From an uncultured Mollicutes bacterium (lineage in GTDB: Bacteria; Bacillota_I; Bacilli_A; RFN20; CAG-826): 64,000 bases of DNA. Both the position numbers and the translations under genes were made by a program. This document shows, piece by piece, positions 9,717 to 17,580 of this stretch (position 1 is the first letter of the stretch; every line of letters begins with the position of its first letter). The stretch is from positions 51,362-115,361 of the forward strand of contig UQFN01000004.1 in the NCBI GenBank assembly GCA_900540365.1, read 5' to 3'. Below the pieces are notes generated by a model, which saw only the letters and a program-made list of their open reading frames with translations, made no database searches and had not been told where the DNA came from.

Positions 9717-10146
9717 TTTAAAACCTACTGAAGGAAGTAGAAAAAATAAAATTAGACGTTGCAGAGGACTCGGTAGCGGACTTGGAAAAAATGGTGGATC
9801 TGGTAGTAAAGGACAAAATTCAAGATCTGGCGGCGGTGTTAGACTTGGATTTGAAGGTGGACAACTCCCTTTATATAGAAGATTACCAAAAAGAGGATTT
9901 AAAAACTTTGGTCGAGTCGAATATGCCACAATTAACTTATCTGATTTAAATGTCTTTAATGATGGTGATGAAGTTAATTTAACAGTTCTTGTCGAAAAAG
10001 GCCTCATTAAGAAAGAACTTGATGGATTAAAAGTATTAGGTAATGGTAAATTAACTAAGAAAGTTACAATTACAGCTAATAAATTTTCAAAAGCTGCTTT
10101 AGAAGGTATAAATAAAGCAGGTGCAAAAGCAAATATTTTGGAATAA
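9706..10146 (+). CDS. rplO: 50S ribosomal protein L15
   Basis: The ORF track start at 9697 directly abuts the AGGAGG at 9691-9696. The ATG at 9706 gives [13 protein letters not shown], the canonical L15 start. It overlaps the rpsE 3' end by 11 nt. No rpmD lies between S5 and L15. Confidence 0.93.
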   Translation: MLNNLKPTEGSRKNKIRRCRGLGSGLGKNGGSGSKGQNSRSGGGVRLGFEGGQLPLYRRLPKRGFKNFGRVEYATINLSDLNVFNDGDEVNLTVLVEKGLIKKELDGLKVLGNGKLTKKVTITANKFSKAALEGINKAGAKANILE

Positions 10147-10170
10147 AATATTCTTTATTAGAGAAAATTT

Positions 10171-11505
10171 ATGAAGAAGTTGTTACAAGTATTTAAAAAC
10201 AAAGAAGTCGTTAGTCGTATATTCTTTACGTTAATGATTTTATTTGTATTTAGAATCGGGGCTGCAATTACTGCTCCAGGTATTACGATTAATAATGATG
10301 TATTAGATGATACTAATAACGTCTTTGCATTAATGAATTTACTTGGAGGAGGCGCTTTACAAAACTTCTCAATTTTTGCTCTTGGAGTTTCACCATATAT
10401 TACCTCGCAAATTATTATTCAATTATTAAGCATGGATGTTTTACCTGCTTTAAGTGAATTAAATAAGCAAGGGCAATATGGTCGTAAAAAAATTGAAATG
10501 GCCACACGTTATTTAACTTTAATGCTAGCGGCCGTTCAAGCTTATGGAATTATTCAAACTGCAAAAAATACTAATTGGATTACATTTGCTTTTGAAGAAA
10601 ACTTCCTTAATTATGCTTACGTAGTTACAATTATGGTTGCTGGAGCAATGCTTGTCATGTGGCTTGGTGACCAAATAACTTCTAAAGGTGTTGGTAATGG
10701 TATTTCTGTCATTATCTTTGCTGGTATTGTTGCTAGCCTTCCAAATCAAATTTATACCGCTTTTAATAAATGGATTTTATTAAATTGGAATAGAGGAAGT
10801 GCCTTAGCAATGCAAGGAGTTTTCGAATTTATCTTATATATTGCTTGCTTTATAGCAATTATTGGCTTCGTTGTCTTTATTGAGTTAAGTAAACGTAAGA
10901 TTCCTGTTCAACACGCAACTAGAAGTGGTGGAAGTGAAAAGATGTCTAAAGCGAGCTTCTTACCAATTAAAATTAATAGTGCCGGTGTTATTCCAGTAAT
11001 CTTTGCTAGTTCAATTTTGATGGCACCTTCAGTTATCGCAAGCTTTGTTAGTGCAGATGCTTTAAATGCTGAATGGTTAAAAGTATTTCAATACAATCAA
11101 TTAGTTAATACTGGAGGAGTTTATGTTCCTTGGGGATTAATGATTTATCTCGTATTAATCTTATTATTTACATATTTCTATGCTAATCTTCAAATTAATC
11201 CTGACCGTTTAGCAGAGAATTTCCAAAAAAATGGTAGTTATATTCCAGGAATTAAGCCAGGAGTTGAAACTGCACGTTATGTTAAAAAAGTTTTAAACCG
11301 TGTAACTTTTATTGGAGCAATGAGCTTATTATTCATTAGTGCCTTACCAGTTGTATTAACTTTAACTGTCTTTAAAGAAGATTCAAGTTTAGCAATTGGT
11401 GGAACTGGATTAATTATCGTTGTTGGTGTTGCTCTTGAGCTTAAAAATCAAATTAGCGGTCTTGTTGCCGGAAAAAGTTATGATGAAGTTATTGGAGGAA
11501 TGTAA
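10171..11505 (+). CDS. secY: Preprotein translocase subunit SecY
   Basis: 444 aa polytopic membrane protein with the motif GVSPYITSQIIIQLL, in the conserved position after rplO. Confidence 0.97.
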   Translation: MKKLLQVFKNKEVVSRIFFTLMILFVFRIGAAITAPGITINNDVLDDTNNVFALMNLLGGGALQNFSIFALGVSPYITSQIIIQLLSMDVLPALSELNKQGQYGRKKIEMATRYLTLMLAAVQAYGIIQTAKNTNWITFAFEENFLNYAYVVTIMVAGAMLVMWLGDQITSKGVGNGISVIIFAGIVASLPNQIYTAFNKWILLNWNRGSALAMQGVFEFILYIACFIAIIGFVVFIELSKRKIPVQHATRSGGSEKMSKASFLPIKINSAGVIPVIFASSILMAPSVIASFVSADALNAEWLKVFQYNQLVNTGGVYVPWGLMIYLVLILLFTYFYANLQINPDRLAENFQKNGSYIPGIKPGVETARYVKKVLNRVTFIGAMSLLFISALPVVLTLTVFKEDSSLAIGGTGLIIVVGVALELKNQISGLVAGKSYDEVIGGM

Positions 11506-11507
11506 TA

Positions 11508-12152
11508 ATGAAAAGCATTATTTTGTTAGGTGCTCCTGGAGCTGGTAAAGGAACAAATGCAAAACGTATTTGTGCTTACTATAATATCCCTCATATTTCT
11601 ACAGGGGATATGTTTAGAGAAGCTATTAAAAATAAAACTTCTTTAGGAGAACTTGCTTCAAGTTACATTTCCAAAGGACTTCTAGTTCCTGATAGCGTCA
11701 CGATTGGTTTAGTTAAAGAACGTTTAGCTAAAGATGATTGTAAAGATGGCTATCTACTTGATGGTTTCCCAAGAACTATTAATCAAGCTGAAGCATTAAA
11801 AGAAATCGGTAACGAACTTGCTCGCCCAGTAAAATACGTCATTAATATCGAAGTTCCTGAAGAGGTCTTAGTTAAAAGAATTACTGGTCGTAGAGTTTGT
11901 AAGGTATGTGGAGCTCCTTATCACATTAAAAACATGCCAAGTAAAGTAGAAGGTGTTTGCGATTTATGTGGAGGAGAACTCATTCAAAGAAAAGATGATA
12001 ACGAAGAAACTTTAAAAGCTCGTCTTCATGAATATCATCAAAATACCTTACCTTTAATTCAATATTATTCAAAAGAAAATTTACTTCATGAAGTTAGTGG
12101 AGTAAAAGATCTTGATGAATTATTAAAAGATTTAAATGCAATTATTGGTTAG
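11508..12152 (+). CDS. adk: Adenylate kinase (zinc-lid type)
   Basis: 214 aa, with the P-loop GAPGAGKGT and the lid cysteines CKVCG...CDLCGG. Confidence 0.97.
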   Translation: MKSIILLGAPGAGKGTNAKRICAYYNIPHISTGDMFREAIKNKTSLGELASSYISKGLLVPDSVTIGLVKERLAKDDCKDGYLLDGFPRTINQAEALKEIGNELARPVKYVINIEVPEEVLVKRITGRRVCKVCGAPYHIKNMPSKVEGVCDLCGGELIQRKDDNEETLKARLHEYHQNTLPLIQYYSKENLLHEVSGVKDLDELLKDLNAIIG

Positions 12153-12154
12153 AT

Positions 12155-12922
12155 ATGAGTATTATTATCAAATCAAATCGAGAAATTGCTTTAATAAAAG
12201 AAGCTGGAAAAGTAATTATTGACTTATTTAAAGTCTTAAAAGAAAATACTCTTCCAGGTAAATCCACATATGAACTTGACGAGATTGCGGATAAATTTAT
12301 CCGCAGTCGCGGTGGAATACCTTCTAGTTATCATTATGAAGGTTACCCAGGTCATATTTGCATCTCAGTAAATGACACCTTAGTACATGGAATTCCTTCA
12401 AAGAAAATTATTTTAAAAGAAGGAGATATTGTATCTTATGATGTCCTAGTAACCTTAAATGGTTATACTGCTGATGCTGCACGTACCTTTCCGGTTGGAA
12501 AAGTTTCAAGTGAAGCTCTTCAATTAATTAAAGTTACTAAAGAAGCTTTTTTTAAAGGAGTTGAACAAGTTAAACCGGGAAACCATATTGGGGATATTTC
12601 CAAAGCTATCGAAAGTTATGTAACAAGTTATGGATATAGTTTAACAGACTTGTTTGCTGGACATGGAGTTGGAAGGGAAGTCCATGAAGATCCTTTTGTT
12701 CCTAATGTATATAGTGGTAATGGTCCTAAACTTGTTAAAGGAATGACTATTGCTATTGAACCTATGGTTAATTTAGGAAAGAAAGATTTAAAAATTTTAG
12801 AAGATGGATGGACAGCAAAGACCAAAGATGGTAAAATATGTAGCCACTACGAGAATACGGTCGTAGTAACTGATCTTGGCTATGAAATTCTAACTTTAGA
12901 TGAAGGAGAGAATGCAAATTAA
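12155..12922 (+). CDS. map: Methionine aminopeptidase type I
   Basis: 255 aa. HGIPS..., [12 protein letters not shown] and the metal-ligand pattern match MetAP. Confidence 0.95.
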   Translation: MSIIIKSNREIALIKEAGKVIIDLFKVLKENTLPGKSTYELDEIADKFIRSRGGIPSSYHYEGYPGHICISVNDTLVHGIPSKKIILKEGDIVSYDVLVTLNGYTADAARTFPVGKVSSEALQLIKVTKEAFFKGVEQVKPGNHIGDISKAIESYVTSYGYSLTDLFAGHGVGREVHEDPFVPNVYSGNGPKLVKGMTIAIEPMVNLGKKDLKILEDGWTAKTKDGKICSHYENTVVVTDLGYEILTLDEGENAN

Positions 12923-13140
12923 TGGCAAAACAAGATGTAATAACCGTCGAAGCGATAGTAACTGAAGTTCTACCAAATACAAATTTTAAGGTAAAACTCG
13001 AAAATGATGTAGTAATACATGCCACTGTTTCAGGTAAAATCCGAATGAACTATATTCGCATCTTAGCTGGTGATAAAGTTACCGTCGAACTATCGCCTTA
13101 TGATTTAAACAATGGCAGAATCGTCTTTAGACATAAGTAA
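12922..13140 (+). CDS. infA: Translation initiation factor IF-1
   Basis: 72 aa. [48 protein letters not shown] matches IF-1. Confidence 0.97.
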   Translation: MAKQDVITVEAIVTEVLPNTNFKVKLENDVVIHATVSGKIRMNYIRILAGDKVTVELSPYDLNNGRIVFRHK

Positions 13141-13155
13141 TTAGGAGGTAACATT

Positions 13156-13269
13156 ATGAAAGTAAGACCCTCAGTAAAACCAATTTGTGACAAATGCAAG
13201 GTTATCAAAAGACATGGAAAAGTAATGGTCATTTGTAGTAATCCAAAGCATAAACAAAGACAAGGTTAA
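13156..13269 (+). CDS. rpmJ: 50S ribosomal protein L36
   Basis: Not in the ORF track because it is only 37 aa. Manual translation gives [37 protein letters not shown]. An AGGAGG lies 7 nt upstream. Confidence 0.95.
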   Translation: MKVRPSVKPICDKCKVIKRHGKVMVICSNPKHKQRQG

Positions 13270-13288
13270 TTTTAGGAGGAACGATTAA

Positions 13289-13663
13289 ATGGCACGTATT
13301 GTCGGTGTTGATATTCCAAATGAGAAAGTTGTAAGAGTTTCTTTAACTTACATTTATGGAATCGGACCATCACATGCAAAAGATATTTTAGAAGCTGCTA
13401 GAGTTGATGGTGAAAAAAGAGTTAAGGATTTAACTGAAGATGAATTAACTCGTATTAGAAATGAAGTTAGTCACTATAAAGTTGAAGGTGATTTAAGACG
13501 TGAAGTTATGATGAATATCAAAAGACTTCAAGAAATTGGATGTTATAGAGGAATTCGTCATAGAAGAGGACTTCCAGTAAGAGGACAAAGAACAAAAACT
13601 AATGCTCGTACTAGAAAAGGTCCACGTAAGACTATTGCTAACAAGAAAGAAGCTGTTAAATAG
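13289..13663 (+). CDS. rpsM: 30S ribosomal protein S13
   Basis: 124 aa. [15 protein letters not shown]...[26 protein letters not shown] matches S13. Confidence 0.98.
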   Translation: MARIVGVDIPNEKVVRVSLTYIYGIGPSHAKDILEAARVDGEKRVKDLTEDELTRIRNEVSHYKVEGDLRREVMMNIKRLQEIGCYRGIRHRRGLPVRGQRTKTNARTRKGPRKTIANKKEAVK

Positions 13664-13674
13664 GAGGAATTAGT

Positions 13675-14064
13675 ATGGCTAAGAAACAAACTGCTAGAAA
13701 AAAGAAAATTAAAAGAGCTTATACTAAAGGTGTTGCTCATATTCACGCTTCATTTAACAATACAATTGTCACTATTACCGATGAACAAGGAAATGCAATT
13801 GCATGGAGCAGTTCAGGTGTATTAGGTTTTAAAGGAGCAAAAAAATCTACTCCATTTGCTGCTCAAAGTGCAGCTGAAGCTGCTGGAAAAGCTGCTGTAG
13901 AACAAGGAATTAAATCCGTTGATGTTGATGTTAAAGGACCAGGAGCTGGTAGAGAAAGTGCTATTAGAGCACTTGGCCAAGCTGGACTTACCATTACTTC
14001 AATTGTTGATACTACTCCAATTCCACATAATGGCTGCCGTCCACCAAAACACCCACACGGTTAA
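13675..14064 (+). CDS. rpsK: 30S ribosomal protein S11
   Basis: 129 aa. [18 protein letters not shown]...[12 protein letters not shown] matches S11. Confidence 0.98.
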   Translation: MAKKQTARKKKIKRAYTKGVAHIHASFNNTIVTITDEQGNAIAWSSSGVLGFKGAKKSTPFAAQSAAEAAGKAAVEQGIKSVDVDVKGPGAGRESAIRALGQAGLTITSIVDTTPIPHNGCRPPKHPHG

Positions 14065-14081
14065 TATTTAAGGAGGTATCG

Positions 14082-15065
14082 ATGATGGAAAATGAAATTA
14101 AAATTGCACGTCCTTTTGAAAGATGCGAATTTAAATTAGCAATTTCAGATCCAAGTGAAAACTATGCTCGTATAGTTTGTGAACCTTTAGAAAGAGGTTT
14201 TGGTACAACTTTAGGTAATGCTTTAAGAAGAGTATTATTATCAAGTTTACCTGGTACTAGCGTTTACGCTGTGGAAGTTGAAGGTGCAGTTCATGAATTT
14301 ACAGCTTTACCAGGAGTCGAAGAAGATTTAGTTCAAATTATTTTAAATTTAAAAGATTTAATTTTAAAAAGCGACACTATTGCTGATGAAAGTTATATTG
14401 CTAGCATTGATGTTGATGGAACTAAAGTTTTAACCGCTGGTGACATTGAACTTCCTACAGGTCTTGAAGTAATTAATAAAGATTTAGTAATCGCTCATAT
14501 TAGTGAAGGTGGTCATTTACATGCTACTTTATACATTAAAAATGGTAGAGGTTACGTTACAAGTGAACAAAATAAAACTTTAAATGATTTGCCATTACAT
14601 GGAATTGCTACTGATAGTAACTTTGGTGCAGTTACTAGAGTTAATTATACTGTTGAACCAACCCGTGTTGGACACGATTCACATTATGATAAATTAACTC
14701 TTGAAGTTTGGACTAATGGCTCAGTTAAACCAGAAGATGCTGTTGCTTTAAGTAGTAGAATCTTAATGGCTTATTTTGAAAACTTTACAAAATTAAATGC
14801 TAAAGTTGATGACGTAAACTTACTCAAAGATCCTGAAAAAGTTAAAGAAGAAGTACAAGAAAATTATTCTGTTGAAGATTTAGATTTAAGTGTCAGAAGT
14901 TATAACTGCTTAAAAAGAGCAGGTATTGCTAATGTCTTAGAATTAACTCAAAAAACTGAAGCAGAAATGATGAAAGTTAGAAATTTAGGTAAAAAATCCC
15001 TTAAAGAAGTTAAAGATAAACTTGAAGAAAAAGGCTTATCATTTAAAGAATCTAAAGGTGAATAA
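14082..15065 (+). CDS. rpoA: DNA-directed RNA polymerase subunit alpha
   Basis: 327 aa. GFGTTLGNALRRVLLSSLPG and the C-terminal-domain segment LSVRSYNCLKRAGI match RpoA. Confidence 0.97.
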   Translation: MMENEIKIARPFERCEFKLAISDPSENYARIVCEPLERGFGTTLGNALRRVLLSSLPGTSVYAVEVEGAVHEFTALPGVEEDLVQIILNLKDLILKSDTIADESYIASIDVDGTKVLTAGDIELPTGLEVINKDLVIAHISEGGHLHATLYIKNGRGYVTSEQNKTLNDLPLHGIATDSNFGAVTRVNYTVEPTRVGHDSHYDKLTLEVWTNGSVKPEDAVALSSRILMAYFENFTKLNAKVDDVNLLKDPEKVKEEVQENYSVEDLDLSVRSYNCLKRAGIANVLELTQKTEAEMMKVRNLGKKSLKEVKDKLEEKGLSFKESKGE

Positions 15066-15082
15066 GTTAGGAGTAATATATT

Positions 15083-15475
15083 ATGCAAACAGGTAGAAAA
15101 AACGTCCACGGTAAAGGTGGTGTCAGATTTAAGACAGGATATACAAGTAGCAAACAAAAAGGTCAAGTTAGAAATTTAGTAACTGAACTAGTTATTTATG
15201 AAAAAGTAACTGTTTGTACTGGTATGGTCAAAGATGTCATACACCAATTTGATCGTTTAGTTACATATGCTAAAAAAGGTGATTTACATAGTAAAAGACT
15301 CGCTGCTAGTGTTCTTAAAAAATATGATGTTAATGATGTAGATGCTTTAGATAAATTATTTACAGATTTAGCAAAAAGATTTGAAAATAGAAATGGCGGA
15401 TATTTAAGAGTATTAAAACTCGAAAATAGAAGAGGCGATAACGCCCCTCGTAGATTATTAGTTTTAGCTGACTAA
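15083..15475 (+). CDS. rplQ: 50S ribosomal protein L17
   Basis: 130 aa. TSSKQKGQVRNLVTELVIYEKVTV...GGYLRVLKLENRRGDNAP matches L17. It has a short N-terminal extension. Confidence 0.95.
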   Translation: MQTGRKNVHGKGGVRFKTGYTSSKQKGQVRNLVTELVIYEKVTVCTGMVKDVIHQFDRLVTYAKKGDLHSKRLAASVLKKYDVNDVDALDKLFTDLAKRFENRNGGYLRVLKLENRRGDNAPRRLLVLAD

Positions 15476-15496
15476 TTAATAATTAATTAAATAATT

Positions 15497-15522
15497 AAGC
15501 ACTATGAAAATAGTGCTTTTTA
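15497..15522 (+). terminator. Rho-independent terminator after rplQ
   Basis: AAGCACTA 15497-15504 pairs with TAGTGCTT 15511-15518, followed by a T-run. Confidence 0.8.
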
Positions 15523-15532
15523 TTTAATTTTT

Positions 15533-15592
15533 AAAAAATAGTTGAGTTTTAGACACTTTTTTATAAAAATAAAGGCTTTTTAAAAGCCTTTT
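15533..15592 (+). repeat. Intergenic 3'-end repeat, copy A (core TTGAGTTTTAGACACTTTTT at 15542-15561)
   Basis: The 20-nt core is identical to 55554-55573. The ~55-nt element is about 80% similar to 26683-26745. Confidence 0.8.
15571..15592. terminator. Bidirectional hairpin (AAAGGCTTTT/AAAAGCCTTT), likely terminator for the minus-strand tRNA-Ser
   Basis: Near-perfect palindrome flanked by A/T runs on both sides. Confidence 0.6.
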
Positions 15593-15612
15593 AATTTTAT
15601 TATTTTAAATAA

Positions 15613-15702
15613 TGGCGGAGAAAGAGGGATTTGAACCCTCGCGAGCTATTCACTCCTAATGGTTTTCGAGACCATCCCCTTCAGCCACTTGGGTATTCCT
15701 CC
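15613..15702 (-). tRNA. tRNA-Ser (anticodon CGA), encoded CCA
   Basis: The reverse complement reads GGAGGAA...ATGGT CTCGAAA ACCAT, then a long variable arm, GAGGG TTCAAAT CCCTC and TTTCTCC GCCA. This is a class II cloverleaf. Confidence 0.93.
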
Positions 15703-15799
15703 AGCCTTTTAATTATAAATAAAATTTATATAAAAAAATATCTTTTTTAAAAAATTAAAAAACTATAAAAGAATATACTTTTAGTATATACTTTTATAT

Positions 15800-17569
15800 A
15801 TGAGTTTTATGTTTAAAACTATTTTTTTAAGTATTGAAGAAATTACTTTCATTGTTTTAGGAATTTCTTTGTTTTTATTTATAACTTTGACAATTGGGAT
15901 TACTTTATTTGATTGGAAAATATCTAAGAAAAATAAAGAAATTATTAATCACCGTTATAATATGTCGCAGAATATTATCGTTGATTTTTTTAACCAAGAA
16001 GTTCGTATTGTTTCTTTAAAAAATTTAAGAAAATCCTTTAAATTATCACTTGTTGAATATTTAAATTTATTTGAACAAAGTGAACAAAACGTAATTAAAA
16101 ACTGGATGCAAGGATTACTTGATGGAAGTATTGATCCTGATATTGATGAAAATATGGTAAAAGTTGCAGGTAGTTTTGTAGATTTTGATAACAAAAAAAG
16201 TATCATAAAAACATTAATTTTATGTACTTATATTGATAAAAGTAAAAAAACGTTATTTTTTGAATCAGAATTATTATTAAATACTCCTGCAGATACAATT
16301 GGTAAAAATAATAAACGTAATGAAAGCAAATATTATTATGAACTTTCTGAAATCAAAAATAAGTATGATAAAGGAGCTTTTAGTAAAGGTTGTTTATTTG
16401 AAATTCGTTTAATTAAAAAAGAAAATATTTTAAGTACTTATAATGTAGATTTTATAAAAGTAATAATTTTAGATGCAATCTACAAGGTTTTAAGTAAAAA
16501 TAATGCATTTTTTTATTTTACAAACAATAAAATGGAATTATGTTTAATAGATGATCGCAGTATTACTAATTTCATGCTTCCTAGATATGTCAATCAAATA
16601 AAAGAAAAAATATCTGAAATTTTAGAAATTAGAGGTTATTTAAATAACTTTGATTTTTATATAGTTTCAAGTTTAATTTCTGATTTAGACAAAAATTATG
16701 ATAATTCGTATTTAGTTTTAGAAAAATATTTTAACTTGGATTTAGATTACAAACGTAAATATTTTATTTATAAACCTGATCATGAAGGTAAACTTGATTT
16801 AGAACAAAGTTATCGTACTGAAATTAATCGTCTTATTCGTAATCAAAATCTTGAAGTCTATTTTAGGCCATTAGTACATATTGCAAATAAACGCGTTATT
16901 AATATGGGATATCTTAGTTTTGTTAAGCCTGTTAATACGATTTTTAAGGATTTAGACGAAATTAAAAAATTTGCCAAAATGTATGACTTAGATAAAGATC
17001 TTTTTTCTTTAATTATTAGAAAAATTATCCCAACTTTTATTAATGAAAAAGAAAATGTTACTCAAAAATTAGCGATTAAAGTTTCTGTTGATCAAATTGG
17101 CTATGCTACTAGAAGCATTCCTCATTTTTCAGGTATTAGTAATGCCTATTTAATTTTATGTTTTGTTAGCAAAGAATTAATTGATTTAGAAGATGATGAA
17201 GATTTAATGCGAGGAATTAAAAATTTAAAAGATAAGGGATATGAAATAGGATTATATTTAACTTCAAATGATTACGTTTTAAAAAGAAGTACTTATTCTA
17301 TTTTTGATTATTTCTTTTTTAATGCTTTATTACCAAATAATGTTAAAGTTAGTTCTCAAGAATTTTTAAAAGCACATCAATATCTTGAAAAATTAATTAA
17401 ATTTGATGCTATTATGGTTGGCATAGAAGGATTAAACATGCAATCAATCGAGCTTTTAGTTAAATCTGGCTTAGAATATTTTAGTGCAGAATGCATAAGC
17501 CCGAAAAGCCCGATGCTGCTGCCGCTTGATAAAAAAATATCTAGAAAATTATTAAATATGCATAAATAA
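15800..17569 (+). CDS. Membrane-anchored protein with degenerate GGDEF-like (approx nt 16370-16640) and degenerate EAL-like (approx nt 16850-17540) modules
   Basis: 589 aa with an N-terminal hydrophobic segment (FIVLGISLFLFITLTIGITLF). The EAL-like blocks are EVYFRPLVHIANKRVINMGYLSF, IMVGIEGLNMQSIELLVKSGLEYFSAECISPKSPM and others, with the catalytic residues replaced. Confidence 0.5.
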   Translation: MSFMFKTIFLSIEEITFIVLGISLFLFITLTIGITLFDWKISKKNKEIINHRYNMSQNIIVDFFNQEVRIVSLKNLRKSFKLSLVEYLNLFEQSEQNVIKNWMQGLLDGSIDPDIDENMVKVAGSFVDFDNKKSIIKTLILCTYIDKSKKTLFFESELLLNTPADTIGKNNKRNESKYYYELSEIKNKYDKGAFSKGCLFEIRLIKKENILSTYNVDFIKVIILDAIYKVLSKNNAFFYFTNNKMELCLIDDRSITNFMLPRYVNQIKEKISEILEIRGYLNNFDFYIVSSLISDLDKNYDNSYLVLEKYFNLDLDYKRKYFIYKPDHEGKLDLEQSYRTEINRLIRNQNLEVYFRPLVHIANKRVINMGYLSFVKPVNTIFKDLDEIKKFAKMYDLDKDLFSLIIRKIIPTFINEKENVTQKLAIKVSVDQIGYATRSIPHFSGISNAYLILCFVSKELIDLEDDEDLMRGIKNLKDKGYEIGLYLTSNDYVLKRSTYSIFDYFFFNALLPNNVKVSSQEFLKAHQYLEKLIKFDAIMVGIEGLNMQSIELLVKSGLEYFSAECISPKSPMLLPLDKKISRKLLNMHK

Positions 17570-17580
17570 TGGAGGTTATT

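Noticed and set aside
869-10007. Minus-strand ORFs inside the ribosomal protein operon (869-1099, 1886-2077, 3955-4146, 6761-6982, 7889-8077, 9071-9340, 9156-9410, 9681-10007)
   Set aside because: All lie antisense to strongly conserved r-protein genes. Their F/S/L-rich low-complexity translations are the mirror image of K/E/A-rich coding sequence. They have no RBS and no independent support.
15542-15561. GTTTTAGA-containing motif as a CRISPR repeat
   Set aside because: The copies are kilobases to tens of kilobases apart and not in a regularly spaced array. No cas genes are present, and the copies vary in length.
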